The translations under genes were made by a program, and so were the position numbers. Source: Octopus vulgaris (taxonomy: Eukaryota). Taken from it: a stretch of 64,000 bases of DNA. How positions within the stretch are numbered: the first letter of the stretch is position 1; each line of letters begins with the position of its first letter. Location: the NCBI GenBank assembly GCA_951406725.2, contig OX597817.1:97712001-97776000 (forward strand). The letters run 5' to 3'. A model generated the notes under the pieces. It searched no databases. It saw nothing but the letters and a program-made list of their open reading frames with translations, and was not told the origin of the DNA. Shown in pieces: positions 1-12,422 of this stretch.

Positions 1-364
1 ACGGAATAAATTTACAATCTATAAATGTCTTTGAATAACCAACCACTCATCTGGGAAGGCCTTGAAATCAATGTTACTATCTGGGGACTATGTGTGACCC
101 AGTGATAATAAAAAGACTGAAAGGAGGTCTGCAATCAAATAACTTTACCCAACACTTTGCAACTGAATCAGTGGAGGCAAAGCTGCCTCTCATTTACTTG
201 ACAATTTATGCACCACATTGCAGAAATCACAATGTAAGTGTATGTGAAAGCAAACTGTTACAGGGTTGTACCATTGAATTACAAATAATGCTATCTTTTA
301 TGCTCGGGTGACCCTACAGCTTCCAAGAGTACAATTGTATTCGTCTTTGCTTAGATAAAATGAC

Positions 365-740
365 AAAATTGTGGGTGTTAAGTCCCCATGAAGGGTCTTT
401 CTGACTTGTAAGAAGATGAAATTTTGTAAATATTACTTCATTTGTGTCTAATATCTATGGTTAAAATTTCATCAACAGCAAAAATATGAATTGTCATGAG
501 AGTTATGGCCCTTATGCATAGAATATAATTTCCAAATTTCGTAAAGATCTATTCAGTACTTTTGACCTAGTTTTGGATCATAAAAGAAATTACTAAAATT
601 TGGGAGTTAAGGGCCCCCATTAGGGTGTCTTAGAATCTTCATGTGAAGTGGAAACTTTGAGAATACTTCTTGATGTGTGTCAATTACTCATGGTTGAAAT
701 TTCATCAACATCGAAAATTTATGAATTTTCATGGGGGTTC
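365..740. repeat. Degenerate direct repeat, two units of about 230 bp
   Basis: aaaattgtgggtgttaag...tggttaaaattttcatcaaca (365-478) recurs as aaaatttgggagttaag...tggttgaaatttcatcaaca (595-710). Confidence 0.55.
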
Positions 741-1047
741 TGCCTGCTTCAAGCCAGCTGAAATTCAAACCAAACATATTGCATTAAACCCGCCCTTATG
801 CATTGAATGTAAGTTTCAAATATAAGGATCCTTTTATTAATTTTGGTCCAAGAAATTGTATGAAACACACAGCATTACCCTTCTCCCTAGGCTTGGATTT
901 TGTGTTCCAAGTTTCACTATGATCAGTGCAGCAGTTTTCGAATGTATAAGTAACACACAAACACACATAAAGACATTGACTTTGATATAATAGATATGAA
1001 TGTGCACATATACATACATGTATATATATGTGTGTGTATGTGTGTAT

Positions 1048-1079
<32 letters not shown>

Positions 1080-1149
1080 AAGATAAATTGATAGATACAA
1101 CTGAGTGGGCAAACAAAAATATGAGACAGCCTAGTGCTTTTTATGTTGA

Positions 1150-1260
1150 TAAGCCTGGTACTTATTCTATTAGTTTCTTCTTGTGAAACCAGTAAGTTAT
1201 GGGGATGTAAATAAACGAACAGCAGTTATGAAGCAGTGATGAGAGCAAAACACAGAAGCA
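1150..1260 (-). mobile_element. Decayed 3' half of tRNA-SINE (family of 48376-48794)
   Basis: Reverse complement resembles the SINE 3' part (gatagaataagtactgggctta). Confidence 0.6.
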
Positions 1261-1284
1261 AAGTCACACACATACACTTACATA

Positions 1285-3722
1285 TCATCATCATATCATT
1301 GTTTAACGTCCGCTTTCCGTGCTAGCACGGGTTTGATGGTTCGACTGGGGTCTGGGAAGCCGGGAGGCTGCACCAGGCTCCAGTCTGATATGGCAGTGTT
1401 TCTACAGCTGGATGCCCTTCCTAACGCCAACCACTCTGTGAGTGTAGTGGGTGCTTTTTACATGCCACCAGCACAGGTGCCAGGGTAGGCTGGCAGCGGC
1501 CCCGATCAGTTGCTGCTTTTTACATGCCACTGGCACATAAGCCAATCAAGGTGGCGCTGGAATCGGCCACATTCGGATGGTGCTTTTTACGTGCAACCGG
1601 CACGTATCAAAACTACTATTTCCAAGGTAAGCACAGCAGGTCGTTCTGCAATCCAAGGTACTTTGAATGGGCTGGGGCTATGCGAACCTGGTGCAGGAAG
1701 CAGCCCGGGTCTTTGCAGTCACAGCATATCTTCTGAGATCTCGGTCCTTTGTCATTGCCTCTGTGAGGCCCAACGCTCAGAGGTCATGCTTGACTACCTC
1801 ATCCCATGTCTTCCTGGGTCTACCTCTTCCCCTGATACCTTCAACTGTTTGGGAGTGGCACTTCTTCACACATCTCTCCTCATCCATCCATCCACAGTAC
1901 ATGACCATACTATCGCAAGCATCTCTCTTGCACACTACATCTGATGCTTCTTATGTCCAGCATTTCTCTCAGGGCGCTTACACTCTGTCGTGTGTGCACA
2001 CTGACATTACACATCCAGCGGATCATGTTAGCTTCATTTCTTTAAAGTCTACATATGTCCTCTGCAATCACAGCCCATGTTCCACTACTGTGAAGCATGG
2101 CGGTTCGCACACATGCATCATACAATCTACCTTTCGCTCTGAGCGAGAGACCCTTTGTCACCAGTAGGGGTAGGAGCTTTCTAAACTTTTCCCAGGCTAT
2201 TCATACTCTAGTGGTGACACTCTCTGAGCATCCACCTCCACTACTAACTTGGTCACCTAGGTAGTGGAAACTATCAACTACTTCTAGTTTCTCCCACTGG
2301 AGTGTGATGGAATCTGTTTTCTGAGTATCTGTGGTGTCTATTGCCCCTGTGCATCTGCCGCACATGAAAGCTATCTTACCAGTTAATTTTCCTTTGATGT
2401 TGCTGCACTTCTTATGCGTCCATAGCTTACACTGGGTACATCTTATGGAGTTTCTACCTACACCATTCCTACAGATCGAGCAGGGCCACCTGCCCGAGGG
2501 TGTGTGTGTGATGAGTTTGCCTTTCTGCTTACTATAACTTTGGTCTTTGCTACATTGACTCTTAGGCCCTTTGATTCTAAACCTAGCTTCCACACCCGAA
2601 ATTTCTTTTCTAGTTCCGGTAGTGATTCTGCTATGAGGGCCAGGTCATCAGCATAGAGGAGCTCCCAGGAGCAACCTGTTTTGAATTCCTCTGTTATTGC
2701 CTGGAGGACTATGATGAATAAAAGGGGACTGAGGGCTGAGCCTTGGTGTACACCTATTTCTACCCGGAATTCTTCACTATACTCATTGCCAATCCTAACT
2801 TTGCTGACAGCCTCTCTGTATAGGGCCTGTACAGCTCTTATTAACCATTCATCAATCTCCAGTTTCCACATGGACCACCAGATAAGGGATCGGGGGACCC
2901 TGTCAAAGGCTTTCTCCAAGTCCACAAAAGCTATGTAGAGGGGTTTATCTTTAGCTAGGTATTTCTCCTGCAGTTGTTGTACCAGGAATATGGCATCAGT
3001 GGTGCTTCTACCCGGCACAAAACCGAACTGCATCTCATCTAAGCAAATTCTCTCCCTAATGATATGGGCTATGACCCTCTCTGTGACCTTCATCACCTGA
3101 TCCAACAGTTTAATACCCCTATAGTTATTTCTATCTAGAGCATCACCTTTGCCCCTGTAGCAGTTGACTATGGTGCTGCTACACCAGTCATTGGGTATGA
3201 CTCCAATATGAACTACCTGGTTTACAATGTGGGTGACTAGGCCATAGCCCACACAGCCAGATGTTTTAAGCATCTCAGCAGTGATTCCATATGGGCCGAG
3301 GGTTTTCCTGGTTTCATACCTCTAATTGCCTTAACTACTAGGGAGCTGTCTATTCGGATAGCTGGTCCCTCTACTGGGTCAACATTTGGCAGGCTCTCCT
3401 TCTCCCATTCATTCTCCACATTCAGCAGTCTCTCATAGTGGCTTCTCCAAGCCTTTTTCTTTTCAGAAACATTGAAAGCAAGTGCACCATCATCCATGTG
3501 GACGCATTTCTCTCCTGTGACATCACTATTTTCTCTCACACACTGTCTTGCAATCCAAAATACCTCAGTTCTTTGGTCCTCACGCTGCTGGACATTGGAA
3601 AACTTCTTTTCTGCTCCATCCTTGGCTATGTATACCTGCTGCCCAGCCTCCCTTTTGGCTACCTGGTACAGTTCCCTGCTGCCCCCATCCCTCCAGGCTT
3701 TCCAGGCCTGCTTCTTTGCTCT
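1285..3722 (-). mobile_element. RTE-clade LINE, 5'-truncated, frameshifted RT
   Basis: ORFs 3237-3734, 2458-3273 and 2201-2593 carry NYRGIKLL, FVDLEKAFD, QGSALSP, LYADD and a Cys-rich insert; tandem-repeat 3'UTR; (GAT)n-type tail at about 1285-1300. Confidence 0.92.
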
Positions 3723-3799
3723 AAATACATACATATATATATATGATTGATTTCTTTAAGTTTCTGTCAATGAAATCCATATATATATATATATATCTA

Positions 3800-4330
3800 T
3801 CTATATATATAAAGCTGAAGTTGTCTGTGTGTGGCAGGTTTGGTAGCCTTCAACTAACACTATCTCCTCTAAGACCCTGTGGCGCAAGTTGACCACAATT
3901 GAGAATATGATAGAAGAAGGCTTGCTCTTCATTCTGTAGAAGAAAAAATTCAAATTGGACCATGTTAACACTAAAAATTATTTACATCAAAAAGGTGCCT
4001 TTCTTCTACGAAAATCCCTATTTTTTACGACTTTTTTACTACTGTGTGAATCCCGAAAACTTGAGAACTACACAACCAATTTCATTCAAATTTTATACAT
4101 GCTTTAGGGTCCATGTAGTGTTAAGGGGGGAAAAATGTTTAACTTCTTGCCATGTCGAGTCCACAGCAATATCATATCTTCTCCACTGTTTCAGTATTAC
4201 GTGTCAAAAGTGAAACAAAGACATCTCTCTATTATAATGTCAGATGCTATCACTTTAATAGTTTCACTTTAATACTGAAACTATTAAAGTAAAACTATTA
4301 TATAAGTGGGATGAACTGTAAGTAAACATT
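3800..4330 (+). mobile_element. Non-autonomous Helitron-like element, 5' part
   Basis: Starts TCTATATATATAAAGCTGAAGTTGTCTGTGTGT; 4055-4260 is homologous to the reverse complement of 17725-18090. Confidence 0.6.
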
Positions 4331-4344
4331 ATAGCACAGGGTTA

Positions 4345-4465
4345 AGTAAATTGGTTTAGTATCTAAAAGACAACAATAAGGATTTTAAGTTAGATTGGCC
4401 CATCTTGTCCACCTCTTACCCTTATGACAAGGGCAAAGGATTTGGTAACATTTGCAACTCTGAAC

Positions 4466-4466
<1 letters not shown>
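4345..4466 (+). pseudogene. Penelope-like GIY-YIG C-terminal fragment
   Basis: Translates [40 protein letters not shown], homologous to 47098-47220. Confidence 0.7.
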
Positions 4467-4503
<37 letters not shown>

Positions 4504-4530
4504 TATATATATATATTTAGATATCTATAT

Positions 4531-4583
<53 letters not shown>

Positions 4584-4589
4584 AAGCAA

Positions 4590-5146
4590 GTGAAATTAAA
4601 ATCAAAATCAAATTCGATGACTGGCAACCATGCTAGCGGGATGCAAAGAGCATCATACGAGTGTGATCATTGACTGAGTGGCCAAACGGCTTCCGTGCCA
4701 GTGGCACTTAAAAGGCACCATTCGAGTGTGATCGTTACCAGCATCGCCTTACTGGCACTGGAGCCCCGTGCTAGTAAGGTATTAAGAGGACCATTCGAAC
4801 ATGATTGTTGCCACAGCAGCTATCAGGCCTCCGTGCTGGTGGTATATAAAAGACACCATCCAAGCGTGACCGTTACCAGCATCGCTTTACTGGCACCTGT
4901 GCCAGTAGTATGTGTAAACAATTGAAGCGAGGTCATTGCCAGTGCCGCATGACTGACCCCGTGCTGATGTCACATACAAGCACTCATTACATTTTCGGAG
5001 TGGTTGGCGTTAGGTAGGGCATTCAGCTGCAGAAACTCTGCCAGATCAAGATTGGAGCCTGGTGCAACCATCTAATTCGCCAGCCCTCACTCAAATTGGG
5101 CAACCCATGCTGGCATGGAAAGTGGATGTTAAACGATGATGGTGAT
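4590..5146 (+). mobile_element. RTE 3'UTR fragment with tandem subrepeats of about 55-60 bp
   Basis: Homologous to the reverse complement of 34658-35170; ends gttaaacgatgatggtgat. Confidence 0.85.
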
Positions 5147-5515
5147 ATATATACATATATATACACATACATATATATATATATATATACACAAACATAT
5201 ATATAGACATATATACACACACACATATATATATATACACACATATATATAGACATATATATACACACACACATATATATATACACACATATTTATATAC
5301 TTATATACATACAGATATTAATATACTTATATATATACATATATAGATATATATGTATAAAAAATATATATAAAAATACAAAATGGGACAAAAATGCAAA
5401 ACATTCAAATAGACGACACAAAAAACTCTATATATATATATATATACACATACACACATATGCATATATACATGTGCATATATACATGTGCATATATACA
5501 TGTGCATATATACAT

Positions 5516-5563
<48 letters not shown>

Positions 5564-5980
5564 GTACATATATATATATACATATAAACATATATACATA
5601 TACATATATATATACATATATATATATACACATATATATATATATATATATACACATATATATATACACATATATATACATATAAATATACACATATATA
5701 TACATATAAATATACACATATATATACATATATATATGCACATAAATATATACATATATATATACACATATATATACACATATATATATACATATATATA
5801 TACATATATATATACATAGACACATATATACATATATATATATATTTACACATATATATATACATATATATATATATACACATATATATATACATATATA
5901 TATATATATACATATATATATACATATATATATACATATACATATATATATACATATATATATACATATACATATATATG
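5146..5980. repeat. (TA)n/(CATA)n compound microsatellite
   Basis: Direct inspection. Confidence 0.97.
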
Positions 5981-6344
5981 TCACCCCTAAATATCCCTTT
6001 ATTATTATGTGCTGATAATTTCTCCATGTTACTATGATAATTTTGCCCGTCCATGTCCTCGCTCTCTCCTATATCAACCTTGCGTATTCCCGGTGCGCCC
6101 GCCTTGCCCACCCCCACCACCACCACCACCAATACCGGATATCTCTATATTTTTGCTCCATCTATACCAGATGTCGCTTCTCCCACCACCATTATAGGTG
6201 TCTACTCTTCGACCCCCCCTCTTCAATACGCTATTTCACCATGCATTACCCCTCTCGTGATATCCTACGTTCTACTTGTCTAGAACCTGTCATCGTTTCT
6301 CCGAACACCCCTCCCCACTGGTGCTCCCCTATATTCCTGCACCC

Positions 6345-6658
6345 CCCACACATAAAAAGCACCATCCGAACGTGGCCGATGCCAGCGCCGCCCCAACTGG
6401 CTTCTGTGCAGGTGGCACATAAAAAGCACCAACCGACCGTGGCCGATGCCAGACCCCTCTGGCTCCTGTGCAGGTGGCACGTAAAAAGCACCCACTACAC
6501 TCGCGGAGTGGTTGGCGTTAGGAGGGGCATACAGCTGTAGAAACACTGCCAGACCAGACTGGAGCCTGGGGCAGCCCCTGGCTCCCCAGACCCCGGTCGA
6601 ACCGTCCAACCCGTGCTAGCACGGAAAACGGACGTTAAACGATGATGATGATGATGAT
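6345..6658 (+). mobile_element. RTE 3'UTR fragment with (GAT)n tail
   Basis: Matches the reverse complement of 1295-1600; ends cgttaaac(gat)6. Confidence 0.88.
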
Positions 6659-6683
6659 ATATATACATATACATATATATATA

Positions 6684-8687
6684 CCTATACGAAGCACCCA
6701 TCATCTCTCCAACTTAAACTTTCATAAAGCCAACTGGATGTTGATTGAGAAAGAGATCCTCAAACAGGATTGGCCTGAATGTCTCTCCACACCGGACATA
6801 AACATGAAACACAAACACTTCATGTCCATAATACAAGCCATATGTGACAAATATGTCCCAGTGTGCAGGGCCAGCACACACAAGAACAAAAACAGGATCC
6901 CTAGAGAAAGGAGGATTCTTATGAGACGACGGACAAGGATTGCAAACCGCCTGAGCAAGCACACTAAAAGTGGTGAGAAGTCTCGGCTCGAAAGAATGCT
7001 AATGGAAACTGAGAAAAGTCTACATCAGTCCCATGAAAAGGAGAGAGCAGATAAGGAGGCTTGGGAATAGAAATATAAAATCAAACCCTAAAGCTTTCTT
7101 TAAGTTTGCCAAAGAGACAGCCACAGTGCACCAGAGAATAGGACCTCTCTTCCAAAAAGATGGCTCTCTCACAGGAAATCCCACGAGGATAAGTGAAATA
7201 CTGAACGAACAGTTCCAAAGTGTGTTCACTACACCTCTAGGACACAGGCAAGTAAACAACCCAGAAGAATTCTTTGCCACTTTACCTGCGGCCAAAGAGA
7301 CAAAAATTGAGTACATCAACATCGAAGATGATGATATCACACTAGCCATTGATGAGATTGACACAAACTCAGCTGCTGGACCTGATGGATTCCCAGCGAT
7401 CCTTCTCAAATCGTGCAAACGAGCCCTTGCAAAACCGCTACAGCTTCTTTTTCAGAGCTTTCTTGCAAGTGATAAGCTCCCAGTCAAATTGAAAGAGGGG
7501 GTAATATGCCCTATCCATAAGGGAGGTAGCAGAGCAGATGCTAAAAATTATAGGCCTATCTCTCTGACCTCACACATCAGCAAAGTCATGGAACGAATAG
7601 TCCGTAAGAAACTAATCATGTTCCTTGAAGAAAATGACTTGCTGTCTGACACCCAGCATGGATTTCGACCAGGTAGAGGCTGCCTAACACAGCTCCTGCA
7701 ACACTATGACTGGGTGTTGAAACAGCTACTAAATGGCTCAAATGTGGATGTAATATATCTCGACTTTGCAAAAGCCTTTGATAAAGTCGACCATGGTATG
7801 ATCTGTCACAAACTGCGTGGTCTCGGCATAGGCGGGAAACTTGGAGAGTGGCTGCACAACTTCCTAAAAGACAGAAAACAGGCAGTTGTGAGCAATGGAG
7901 CCACCTCCAGGGAAACGCAAATAACAAGCGGTGTCCCACAGGGCACTGTCTTGGGGCCACTGATGTTCATAGTGGCCCTTTCAGACATGCCTTCAGTTGC
8001 TACGATGACCACCCTTGCTAGCTATGCAGATGACACAAAAGTCTCCCACGCAATACAAAATCCTGAAAATATTGCGCATCTGCAACATGAGCTGGACACA
8101 ATATACAGATGGGCTGAGGACAACAACATGCAGTTTAATGCAGGTAAGTTCCAGGCCCTGCGCTACTGGCACACAAAGGTAAATGACGTGAAGACTGGAT
8201 ACACTGGCCCAGGAAGAATTGCAATCCCTGAGTCAAAATCAGTGCGTGACCTGGGCATTGACATCAGCAATGATGCATCTTTCCAAATGCATATTGCTAA
8301 TCTGGTGATAAAATGCAGACGGCTAGCTGGATGGATTCTCCGAACTTTCAGAACAAGAGAGAAGGAGACACTGATGGTTCTATGGAAAACATTTGTCCTC
8401 AGCCGCTTGGACTACTGCTCCCAACTTTGGTCACCACACAATATAAAACAAACAGCAGAACTCGAAGCAACTCAGAGAAGCTACACAAAGAAAATCGTCT
8501 CAATGCAAAATGTCAGCTACTGGGAAAGACTGAAGGTATTAAACCTCTTCTCCCTGGAGCGGAGGCGGGAGAGATATGCAGTGATATACATCTGGAAAAT
8601 CCTGGAGGGTCTTGTCCCAAACTTTGGCATTCAAAGTTACTCCAACCGCAGAACGGGGCGCCGCTGCGTGGTGCCAAGGATTCCAAC
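6684..8687 (+). mobile_element. CR1-group LINE, 5'-truncated, near-identical to 24427-26430, runs into the gap
   Basis: RT motifs NYRPISLT, YLDFAKAFD, VPQGTVLGP, YADD; frameshift near 7063. Confidence 0.95.
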
Positions 8688-8787
8688 NNNNNNNNNNNNN
8701 NNNNNNNNNNNNNNNNNNNNNNNNNNNNNNNNNNNNNNNNNNNNNNNNNNNNNNNNNNNNNNNNNNNNNNNNNNNNNNNNNNNNNNN
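8688..8787. other. Assembly gap (100 N)
   Basis: Run of N. Confidence 1.
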
Positions 8788-8929
8788 AAAAAATAATTTC
8801 TTATAAAGATTCATCATATTCATAAAAATCAGCCAGAGCAAGTAATAAGAATATGAAAATAATAGTTGAAAAATTTCGTTATAGGTATGAATATACCATA
8901 AACATATATACATATATATAGAACAGATT

Positions 8930-9008
8930 GGTAAAGAACACGCACACCACCCATTTTCGGCTTAACAAAAACCCTAACCCCAAAAACCGGCTGTAAGTAT
9001 TCTTTACC
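8930..9008. mobile_element. Tiny TIR element with a CCCTAA core
   Basis: ggtaaagaa...ttctttacc termini; second copy at 53100-53184. Confidence 0.6.
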
Positions 9009-9013
9009 TTCGC

Positions 9014-9071
<58 letters not shown>

Positions 9072-9239
9072 AATACGTTTATACACGCATACATATCCAC
9101 ATATTCAATGCATAAAAACCATGTACTAGTACATATGAAGAACATATCAATATAACATCCAAGTCAGCCATTACTATGATTAGGAGACTATGCGGGCACA
9201 GTTCCATGCATCTACAGATTATATACACAATTCGATTAA

Positions 9240-10400
9240 TAAAAACCTGAAGATGATGAACTATTCAACAATAATTTAAATAACACTTACATATTCAACT
9301 GTGAAAATATTCGAAATGTCAAAATCAGTCGCCTTACCATCTAGCCCCGGTGTTTCCCCGATAACAGATCATAATAAAATTTCAGGTGTATGTATATGTG
9401 GTGGGAGGTATCTACAGAACGGAGAGAGAGAGAGAGACGAATGTATCGATATTTGGCAGTGTCAAAAGTCTGTCGCTTTCAGTCTCACGAGGTCATCAGA
9501 TAATAACCACGACGACGAACCATGTTTCTCGACCACATCCCGCCCCATTCCTGGAATGACCATATAACACAACTTCTCTTCGCTTATTAAATTGTTTCCG
9601 GATGTTGCGATTTGTAATATCTTATTTATAGCTACGAAAAACAGATAAAATACTAAAAGAAAATTGAAAAACATAAAGGAATTCAAATAATAATAAACCA
9701 AGAACAATATATTGAATCGGAATACTGCTGAATACACACGTGTATATAATATTTGAATTGCATATATTATAAAGATCCTGAAAAAAAATAAATGAAAAAC
9801 ACTTCCATTTCATATTTATTTACAGGAAAACAAGAATAAATAACTGGAATATGAAAACATGCTATACTCAAGATAAATTAGAAAATGAGTATTATTAATT
9901 GTCAAATGTAAAACCATGCTTCAGACACCACTCCTTTGGTAGTGGTGGGTAGCTATACATACATTAGAAAAATATTTCCAGAAAATCGGGGAAAGTGGTG
10001 AAATACGACATAAGAATTTAAAGAACGTCAGTCTAATAAAGAACTAGCAATTAATAAATTAATTTCTCCATGCTTTAGTAGATTCCTTCGCTTATAATTT
10101 ATAACAATAAATACTTTGGATTTCCTAATTGATGTGGAAGATGAATAAGTCATTAACTGTCCTTTTGCATAAGATTTCTCTTACCAAACAGATTGATCGT
10201 AATATTTGTTATTATTTTGGAATGACATGAAATGAGGTGGGGTAAGGAAATCTGATCAAAGTCAGTAATAGATTCAGCTTAAGTCCAACCCAACCATTCC
10301 AATTGAGAAGTCAAATTTGTCAGAAGGAATCGACAATACCAAAGAAATCTCAATAGGAAGTTTAAAGTGAGGTTGAATAGTATTTGATAAAATATTTTCC
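9240..10400. mobile_element. Highly decayed Penelope-like remnant
   Basis: ctgaagatg...cgaaa pLTR-like motif near 9250-9315; weak GKYFIK and SY-TT linker-like peptides on the minus strand. Confidence 0.35.
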
Positions 10401-11189
10401 AGCACTATAACGAAGGAATGAAAGACATTCCACTCGCAGTCCCGTGACTGCAGTGGTTAAACATTCAGATACACACATTCACCCGAAGTGGGTGTCCCCA
10501 CGGGTAAAAGTAACCAAAGCTACCCTGTGATAAACTGCATCATAAAGACTTGAGTAAATTACCTTAACCTTTATGGCACTCATTTTCGGCTAATCATGTC
10601 TCTGCTACAGTAGAGAAAACCGGGAACAAAGTAGTGAGATGAATGTGTTGAAAAAAACAAGCTCTTTCTAACACAAACAACACTACCTACCATTTTGTCG
10701 AGTCATGTGACCGATTCAAAGTTATTGTTAAAATACAACTTGAAACTTTAAGAACCGAAACGAAATTCAGCTGCTTTAGATTTATCTTATTTATTTATTT
10801 ATTTTTTTCTTATCCATTATGATGTCCGGTTCATTCGATATACTTTTTAAATATATTTGATCGCTTCTGTCTCGCAACAAAATAAGAACAAAAGGTTTCT
10901 ATAATTCACATTCAATGTGAATTTACAAACAAAAAAGAAAATATGAAATATAATGTAACAAAATCAAAAGTATCCCAATTCGCAGCAAACACATACGCAG
11001 TTGTACACATATACACACAAGCATCTACTTACTATACACATATTGCGATGTACGGAGTCGTTTGACGTTTGCCCTTTTACCGGATGGTAGCTATATTAGT
11101 GCGTATCTGTGTGTCCTCTACAGGTGATCGTTCTTTGTTGACATGTTACCCACTGTAACACCAAATCGGCGGATCTCGTTTATTATTGT

Positions 11190-11230
11190 ACTAGCACTAT
11201 GACCCGGCGTTGCCGGGTCATAGTGCTAGT
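11190..11230. repeat. Perfect 19-bp-arm palindrome ending CTAGT, Helitron-type 3' hairpin
   Basis: actagcactatgacccggc-gtt-gccgggtcatagtgctagt. Confidence 0.8.
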
Positions 11231-11348
11231 GCATGTATATATGTGTGTACATATTACATATACATCTATATATATACATCTACACATAAAATACAAAGTT
11301 ATATCTTGATATCGCTAGTGATAACAATACACAAAATATATAACAGAC

Positions 11349-12164
11349 TGGAATTGTAGGCCCGTCTCTTGCAATTTCGATCAATTGTATCTTGTCCTCC
11401 CTCTTGTATAGAAGTGTGGCTACAATCCAGCCTACCTCTACTTCTGGGGGACATTTTTAATTTTTATCCGGGACGTCCTACGTCCCAGATATAAAGGTAA
11501 AAATAAAATATTTCCACTTTGCAAGGTTCGAGTCGAGTCCTCCCTTGCACGCTTCGTTGACTCGAACCTTGCTTCTATTGTGGCGAATTTACCGCCTCTG
11601 GTTAGATACTTGATATCTTTCAAGACACTTTTCGATGGTGCTTTCCTCCAGCTGTTCAAATCTTTTTTTTCTCTACATCGTATACTTTATAGACAATAGT
11701 CTTTTCTTTTGGTGGTGTTATCCTAGATTCCCCGTCTTTGTCGGTGATCAATCCTAAATAGGTTTGTATTTCTTCCATTTTAATTTTAATGAGTTCGCGC
11801 CCACCGACGGCTGCAGCGAAATTCATTTTTGGACTTTCTTCTATCGAAGGCATTCTAACAAAAATGCTTCCGTATAAACGGTGAAAATATTGTCAATTTC
11901 CCCAAACAGAGACACAATTCAATTTTTAAACAATAACCAAAGCTCCTTCTCCCAAAGTGGGGGGTTTACGGTTTACAATTATTTAACAAATGCAACACAA
12001 CAACGTTTCCCTTACGAGGAACCAACAAACGTGATAACAATAGTTAAACAGTAATAATAATAACAACAAACCTTACGGTGAATCAAAAAGCAGTACGCAG
12101 TTGAAGCTATAGTCCTTTATGTATAAGAAATAAACCAACAGCAGTACTCAGTAGAAGCGGTTGT
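11349..12164 (-). mobile_element. Tx1-clade LINE 5'UTR plus ORF1 fragment (element B)
   Basis: ORFs 11656-11853 and 11438-11659 resemble ORF1 at 16765-17217 and 40404-41126 (IVYK..., EKCL, F.T.E.RF). Confidence 0.75.
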
Positions 12165-12422
12165 GATTTTTTATTACCCACAAGGGGCGAACAAAGAGGG
12201 AACAACACAATCTGATTTGGGGTCAGATTTACGAATGGTTTTACATAGATGATGAATTTAAAAATTTTAACACATAATTACGAATCACAATAAAAACGAA
12301 AAAATCGGATGATGGGACTGACCGGAAAACATTGCGGATGGAGTGGGGGGGGGGGCGGGTTTAGCTCGGACCCCACGAGCCCCGCCTCGCCACTGATACC
12401 TGGGTTTCATCCTGTCCTACAT

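Noticed and set aside
1-311. Possible exon or Helitron Rep remnant (ORF 90-311, gtaagt near 234)
   Set aside because: Similarity too weak and no convincing acceptor
5023-6132. Many Y/I/C/M-rich ORFs
   Set aside because: Translations of TA/CA microsatellite
5985-6345. GC-richer unique-looking stretch
   Set aside because: Grades into an RTE 3'UTR and looks like degraded or low-quality sequence
10440-10590. CORE-SINE-like remnant
   Set aside because: Only weak A-box and core resemblance; not supportable
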